The notes below the pieces were generated by a model that was given only the letters and a program-made list of their open reading frames with translations, had not been told where the DNA came from and ran no database searches. From a bacterium (GTDB taxonomy: Bacteria; Electryoneota; Electryoneia; Electryoneales; Electryoneaceae), in NCBI GenBank assembly GCA_963669175.1, contig OY769902.1, positions 2,912,001 through 2,976,000 of the forward strand: a stretch of 64,000 bases of DNA. Direction: 5' to 3'. A program made the position numbers and the translations under genes. This document shows, in pieces, positions 61,001 through 64,000 of the stretch (its first letter is position 1; every line of letters starts with the position of its first letter).

Positions 61001-61717
61001 CACATGTATCTGCCAGGTTTCCTGGGACCAGGTCTGGCCATGTGGCTGACCGTCTGTGGCGAGGATTTTCCAATAGTAGGTCTGATCATCAAGCATTCCT
61101 GCGCGATTATGAGTCGTATCGCCGGTAATCGGGTTGGTCACATTCTGGGTAAAGAGTGGATCTGTGGCCATGTAAACGCGATAGTTTACATTCAATCCTT
61201 CATCAGGGTCGCTGGAGGATGACCAGGTCAGAGTTGTGTCACCGGTCCAGCAAGTGTCCCCGTTGGCCGGAGCAAGCAGGTGAAAATCTGTCGGTGGAGC
61301 ATTCAGGTCGATATAAAACCACCATCCCGCCTGGGGGGTAGCCCAGGTTTCATCATTTTCATTATCAACGGCCTTTACACGCCAATACACACGGGTGGAA
61401 TCGGGAAGCTCATCCAGCTCTTCCAGGTTGAAGCCCTGTACTATCTGGTCGGCAAGATCCGTGATGGCGTAATTGCTGTTAATGGTCGTTCCACTGTAAA
61501 AGCTTGAAAAATCGGCATGAGTTGACCATTGGACATGATACAATATTTGACCGCCATCGGGATCAACCGAAGCGCCCCACCACACATAAACGGTGTCATT
61601 CTGAACTGTAGTTTCGTTTACAGGTGAAATGAGGTTAAAAGCAACTGGTGGTTGCGCATAAGCGGAAAGGCTTACTATAACCAGAAATATAAAGACTGTT
61701 GAAAGTCGCTTCATCAT
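52052..61717 (-). CDS. Giant secreted protein with ~28 FN3-like repeats of two types and T9SS-type CTD
   Basis: Signal peptide; repeats begin P..F.L.SP and contain DPDPGD and YYW[KR]V.A.D; C-terminal TYPNPFNATA...SGVYFI...KKMILVR. Confidence 0.9.
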   Translation of the reverse strand: MMKRLSTVFIFLVIVSLSAYAQPPVAFNLISPVNETTVQNDTVYVWWGASVDPDGGQILYHVQWSTHADFSSFYSGTTINSNYAITDLADQIVQGFNLEELDELPDSTRVYWRVKAVDNENDETWATPQAGWWFYIDLNAPPTDFHLLAPANGDTCWTGDTTLTWSSSSDPDEGLNVNYRVYMATDPLFTQNVTNPITGDTTHNRAGMLDDQTYYWKILATDGQPHGQTWSQETWQIHVYIPEPPSVFDLLSPGDTDTVWQDNTTLTWQSSTEPDPGDSLFYRVYWARNAAFTVGLDSADVDPPATSVNIAELSDDQTYYWKVKAIDTNSEGRWSTSTYRFRVFINEPPTAFDLQSPANFAILGEDTVTVSWTASSDPDPDDDVTYYVQWSLNENFTPHWTGSTSNTTYNISDNSNDLDELTDNALYYWRVYAQDNYNFQTWATPDTGWTFYTEYHPDPPNPFNLTSPLNGDTCWTGDTTLTWQAATDPDPGDQVLRYVVWYATDAAFTLNLDSVSVNVPTTSLNLVNLADNSTWYWKVRAQDGNTTGTWSTQTRYFHVYIPDAPGAFALDAPANTSDVHNDTVTVSWERSIDPDPGDPITYHINWSQHSNFSSFYSGSTSDTFFVISDLHDLLLGGLDELDELPDDTTIYWRVKAIDRFGNETWATPVAGWSFNVYLFDAPLAFDLVTPLNTDTCWTGDTTLVWRTTTDPDPGDAVQRYVIWWATNATFSQNLDSASVNVPDTTYELLNMLDDQTYYWSVRAQDGNTNGTWANQVNHLKVYSPEPPGPFSLSSPADGAVINDDTVTVQWTTSIDPDPDDLVTYHVQWSGHADFSSFYTGSTTETSLEITDFQNIVSNELDELPDDTTIYWRVLATDRYGEQTWATPAAGWSFDIYITQPPAPFTLLSPDTGDTCWTGDTTLTWQATSDPDPGDAIQNYVIWWATNAAFTQNLDSASVAAGQTTYDLNNLNDHTTYFWKVRAQDSNSSGRWSTDTRSFHVYIPTAPNAFSLLSPTNNDTCWDGDTTLAWQAAVDTDPNDVVHYVVWWASNAAFTQDLDSATVAGTTHPLNNRPDNSTWYWKVRAQDLYTTGTWSTQTNRFHVYIPDGPTAFNLALPADEAIIYNDTVRVHWTASADADPGDVITYTVNWSLNPGFATYYHGATTDTFLTITDMQNIVNELDELPDDARIYWRVRAADRFGTSIDGIPSSGWSFYVAAIPDPPNAFSLSSPFDMDTCWTGDTTLTWQAATDSDPGDAITYRVWWATDAAFTQNLDSASTALTTYALNGMLDDHTYWWKVRAQDTNTTGTWSTQTWRIPVYIHESPGAFTLAAPANQDTVHYNSQLVSWNAAIDPDPGDVLRYRVEWSEQNDFSGLVNSAITGNLTYTLPNLPDSTNIYWRIKAIDRLGNETLCTPNSGWSFYTRFWIPPQPFSLLSPDDGDTCYSGDTTLTWEAATDLDPGDAIVNYVVWIATNAAFTQNLDSMATVGPVTAMALNNLNDDNDYYWKVRANDTNTAGRWSSQVNRLHVHIPGAPSAFSLASPANGSNVADDSVTVSWTQSIDPDPGDTITYTVEWSTDPTFATSYTGTTRNTSYTINGLQNQLDEIPEDSTVFWRVTATDRLGLTTNATPFNGWSFTVYFADPPTPFSLLSPGNGDTVYFGGDTTLVWETAAEPDPDDAVDYVVWWAFDNTFTSGLDSVITADTSYHISGLLDDSTYYWKVRARDNNTNGTWSTEVFHFLANFPSMPEPFSLLSPLNEATVTSGAQTMTWESTYDTDPGDNVTYRIWLASDSNFSLDVDSSNTGEDTTYTFDIISGVSYWWKVRAQDSNSPGTWSDATWVMHTNVTNAPSLFALASPANDAEVHNDTVTVRWNPSVDPQGGDITYTVQWSPDALYSTAYSATTTDTFFTIADLSDPQFWENLDELPDDAPVYWRVLAEDPDGYQTRCDPVAGYRFNVYLYDPPVAFNLLSPADESTVHGSDTTFVWESAGEIDPGDTLGYVVWWALDPTFTMTVDSTIVTDTSYAASDLISNTTYSWKVRAQDSNTPGTWSTDTFIFTVENPDAPLPFGLAQPVNGTQTHNDTVLVRWNSSSDPLNGGAVTYTVEWATDPLFAVSYTGSTADTSFSISDLQDVVFNGDLDELPDDISVYWRVFATSVSGATTCSNPVNGWQFDVYIFEPPTGFSLVSPADGDTCWTDSLLVTWTSSIEPDPGDSVLYEILWDTDRQFAEPCSAMILADTSLMIRGLLDDSLYYINVHAFDTHGFDVYTDTVAVRIFIPDGPFAFSLADPMPDSRVESDTVTVHWTPSTDPNADEDFVYEVFWSLDPEFSAFFSADSITDTSYTITDLAEVLAGNGLDELPDDSTIFWRVRAHDIYDLERFADPDTGWSFTVYLPEPPETFTLLSPADGDTCWTGDTTLVWASAFDPDPEALITYSIITASDQAFSQNLDTLTTQDTTIALTNLPNRSNRFWKVYAEDNDGLGRWSDTIFRLYTFIPVAPNPFSLAGPDDNSIFHDDTVRVSWYSTTDNDPNDHVTYIVEWATDNQFENNAFQEVGDTTFLISELPNNELTNSTPDPEQELGKVSQRGPRAGRSNKHSGSAISTYSSSGSTVVSTSGRRQNNQNRVGIFEAAENQVTTGQTFESGSNASSFSSDNKTTNDDNLDDLPDGTTIYWRVYAKDRYNSQRLCNQEEGWSFNVQIGEPPAQFELLSPEDGDVVHDEGVNLLWEAAADPDPGDAVYYVVYWALNEDFSNGLDSAIAYSPDYNMTGLLNHVNYWWKVRAQDTNSRGTWANHTHRFYVSLERPPSAFNLLSPDNGSLASTLGLRLDWEEAVDPDSNDTVEYVVYLAQDEAFAGHIDSITVATPYIDIHELQDTTMYWWKVRAQDTNTTGTWSKQTYSFWALKPDPPGPFAQLAPANGDTIRTPFALLEWTESIDSDIRDHVRYKVIWATSSDLQDSVVVYTNNTQYLVTGMDSVLNNSTGSLPDDSTIFWKVYAVDDFGLMTVANPPGSGIWHFITDIPDAPVAFDLYAPADGDSVRLDELEFSWAPSFDPDPYDSVRYEVWIDTLPDFSTAWCIADGLTDTLFSTDSLQSYRQYYWSVFVPDSNTDGTWASDTLGFFVLYYNPVPDPWSGVPTAYGVPGTYPNPFNATANVVVSLPHSATLTVRIYDVLGRRVQELADGRYPEGYHKFSFNAQGLPSGVYFIHAQVSGKMNVRKKMILVR

Positions 61718-62327
61718 GGTTCAGGCTCACAAAGATCGCTTGAAAACTTGTACAGACCCAATAACAGTATCACAAGCTCAGTAACCCTCAATTGTTCGAA
61801 CAAATGCTCTAACAAACCTTCAAACTTCGCATTGCCCCATATGTTTACTTCTAAACATACTCCAAGTGTCACTCATCTATGATGAAATGTGCGTAGGAAA
61901 ACCGTCAAGAAGCGTGACGTAAAAGTACTTGGAAATAAACAACTAACATTTCCAAGGATGGGGAGAATGTCTGCGCCTGCGTGCAAGCCAATATACAAAA
62001 AGAACACTCTGAATGCACTCAATATGTGCCTTCAGAAAGAAGAATAAGAAGTTTTTTCGTATAGTCTGGTGAGCAATATCACATGGTAAAAATATCTGTG
62101 CAAAAACAGAAAATCTTTCATGATCACTTTTGATTTCAGAAGGTGGAAGAATACATTGGACAATCGATTGGGGCCTCTATTGCCGTGTAGTATTTCTCTG
62201 GCGCCAAGCTCCGCGGGAATCGTGAATTGTATATTTTACCTGTACCGATATCAGCGCGTCAGTTACTTTGTGAGTCAGATCACGCCTGGTACAGATACGT
62301 AGAAACTCCATTTCATCGAGGTCGCAT

Positions 62328-62714
62328 ATGAAGATCTTATACATCGATGATGACCAGACGATGCGAAAAATCGTCAAACACATTGTAGATGTTATTGGTG
62401 CAGAGCTTCTTGAGGCGGAAGATGGGAGGGGCGGTCTGCGTTTGCTTGAAGATATCGATGGCAAAGTGGACTTGATTCTTCTGGATTGGATAATGCCTGA
62501 AATGAATGGCATGGAGTTCTTGCAGGCTGCAAAAGCAGATGGCAGGTTTAAGGAAATTCCTGTTATCATGCTGACAGGTGTGACGCAGAAAGAAAAGATG
62601 ATAGACGCAATTCGTGCAGGAGCCAAACAGTATATTACCAAACCGTTCACCAGCGAAGAATTATTGACAAAACTGGTGCAGGCACTTGGACTGGATAGCC
62701 TGGAGATGTTGTGA
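62328..62714 (+). CDS. Single-domain CheY-like response regulator
   Basis: YIDD, LLDWIMP, LT and YITKPF. Confidence 0.9.
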   Translation: MKILYIDDDQTMRKIVKHIVDVIGAELLEAEDGRGGLRLLEDIDGKVDLILLDWIMPEMNGMEFLQAAKADGRFKEIPVIMLTGVTQKEKMIDAIRAGAKQYITKPFTSEELLTKLVQALGLDSLEML

Positions 62715-63571
62715 GAGATCAGATTATTCATGAGCTGTCTTTGAAGGCAGATTTACCGCCTCTTCCTGATATTCTTATACGACTGGACCAACTGATAAAC
62801 GATCCCAATGTGTCCATCAATGCTATTGCGGATCTGTTATCCACAGAACCGGCGCTCTCGGGCAAAGTGATCCAACTGGCCAATAGTGCATATTATGGTG
62901 GCGGGAGAATAGATGTTGAAAACCTGCGGGGCGCTGTGCTTCGTCTGGGGTTGGCTGAAATCCGTAAAATGGTATATGCGATCAAACTCGGTTCCATGTT
63001 CTGGGATCAAGGTATTGTTGATCAGCGGAAATTCTGGCGGCATAATCTTGGTGTTGCCCTGTTGACGCAGAAGCTTGCCGCACGTGGGAACGCGCAGATT
63101 GCTGACCGGGAAGCGGCCTATGTTGCCGGGTTGATGCATGATGTTGGCATTATGGTGTTTGGGTATATTATTCCTGAAGTTTACAGCGCTTTTCTTGCCA
63201 AAGCTGCCGAAATTGATAAGCCGTTGCATGTGCAGGAAAAGGAGACTTTTGGTATTGATCATTCCGAACTCGGTGCATTATATATACAAAGATGGTGGAA
63301 GATTGAACAAGCTGTTGAATTGGCAGTAGCGCAACACCATTTCCCAATCCACCGGGATGATGAATTCCGTTTGATCGGGCAACTTGTGAATGTGGCCAAT
63401 GCCATTTGCAATAATCAGGGATATGAGAACGGAATCCAGGTGTTTCCGCAGATGTTCAGTGATACGGCCTGGGAGCAGATAGGCCTGAATATTTCAGAAG
63501 CAAAAGCAATTTTCCAGGATGTAAAAGATGCAATTGCGCAATCCGAAGAGTTACTGGCGCCAATGGCATAG
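62711..63571 (+). CDS. HDOD domain protein
   Basis: LPPLP, LANSAYYG, AVLRLG, FWRH, AGLMHDVG, DHSELG and HH. Confidence 0.9.
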   Translation: MRDQIIHELSLKADLPPLPDILIRLDQLINDPNVSINAIADLLSTEPALSGKVIQLANSAYYGGGRIDVENLRGAVLRLGLAEIRKMVYAIKLGSMFWDQGIVDQRKFWRHNLGVALLTQKLAARGNAQIADREAAYVAGLMHDVGIMVFGYIIPEVYSAFLAKAAEIDKPLHVQEKETFGIDHSELGALYIQRWWKIEQAVELAVAQHHFPIHRDDEFRLIGQLVNVANAICNNQGYENGIQVFPQMFSDTAWEQIGLNISEAKAIFQDVKDAIAQSEELLAPMA

Positions 63572-63651
63572 TTGAATAATCACTGTTGCTTAAAATCTTA
63601 TTATTGAACCATATACGTGTTTCCATGTGCATAATCTTCACAAAGCTTCAC

Positions 63652-63680
63652 TTGACTTTTCCCACTTTCCGCAGTACACT
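63652..63680 (+). promoter_or_regulatory. sigma70 promoter of Rrf2 gene
   Basis: TTGACT-17-TACACT; RBS AGGAGG at 63706-63711. Confidence 0.6.
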
Positions 63681-63719
63681 CTACTTTGAGGACAAAGTGA
63701 CCATCAGGAGGATAATACG

Positions 63720-64000
63720 ATGTTGACGACGACTTCCGAGTATGCCATTCGAGCCTTGGGATATCTGGCAACCAAGGATCGTGATACTCGGGTTGGCTCT
63801 GATGAGATTTCTGAAGCAACGAGAGTACCGAAAAGATTCTTGCTCAAGATTCTGAATACGTTGAAAAACCAGGGGATTTTGAAAACCAGCCGAGGAATAG
63901 GCGGCGGTTTCTCGCTGGCGATGGAGCCAGGCGAGATCAAACTGATCGACATTGTTTCGATTTTTGAAGATCTGAACAGGCATAAGCATTGTCTTTCCGG
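63720..64000 (+). CDS. Rrf2-family transcriptional regulator (3'-truncated; absent from the ORF track)
   Basis: Translates MLTTTSEYAIRALGYLA...VPKRFLLKILNTLKNQGILKTSRGIGGGFSLA...HKHCLS. Confidence 0.88.
   Translation, partial: MLTTTSEYAIRALGYLATKDRDTRVGSDEISEATRVPKRFLLKILNTLKNQGILKTSRGIGGGFSLAMEPGEIKLIDIVSIFEDLNRHKHCLS

Noticed and set aside
6476-61507. Numerous antisense and overlapping ORFs in the six-frame track
   Set aside because: Shadow ORFs of long genes with no recognisable motifs or RBS.
52052-61717. DGR-like template/variable repeats in the giant gene
   Set aside because: The repeats are diverged protein-domain duplications without adenine-specific differences, and no RT is present.
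61792-61858. TTGTTCGAACAA and ATGTTTA-CTTC-TAAACAT palindromes as LexA boxes
   Set aside because: The half-site resembles the lexA palindrome but the spacing differs and the neighbours are not SOS genes; may be operators of another regulator.

Overview
Chromosomal window, most likely from an uncultured FCB-superphylum bacterium (inference: four secreted proteins end in a 'PNPFN' T9SS-type C-terminal sorting domain). Core genes include a truncated DinB/ImuB-like gene coupled to dnaE2, murA, recN, nadA, dnaE, dtd, lexA, a DUF151 nuclease, two histidine kinases, a Trk/Ktr K+ uptake operon, yraN, pgpA, CheY-like/HDOD genes and a truncated Rrf2 regulator. Intergenic DNA holds an intact IS701-family IS, at least three MITE types (one with Tn5 mosaic-end-like termini, nested in another MITE), REP-like palindrome clusters, and 448-bp direct repeats bracketing one secreted-protein gene. 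The strongest novelty candidate is a recurring (E/N/D/Q/G)-L-D-(E/D) 'ELDE' motif at about 15 propeptide or loop-insertion ends in three unrelated secreted proteins, including the pro/mature junction of a C10 peptidase. This suggests an Asp/Glu-specific secretome maturation code. Other leads are a catalytically dead but full-length RAYT/HUH transposase, an unannotated ~250-nt structured RNA, and a candidate new LexA box. All calls come from reading motifs by eye; no database searches were run.
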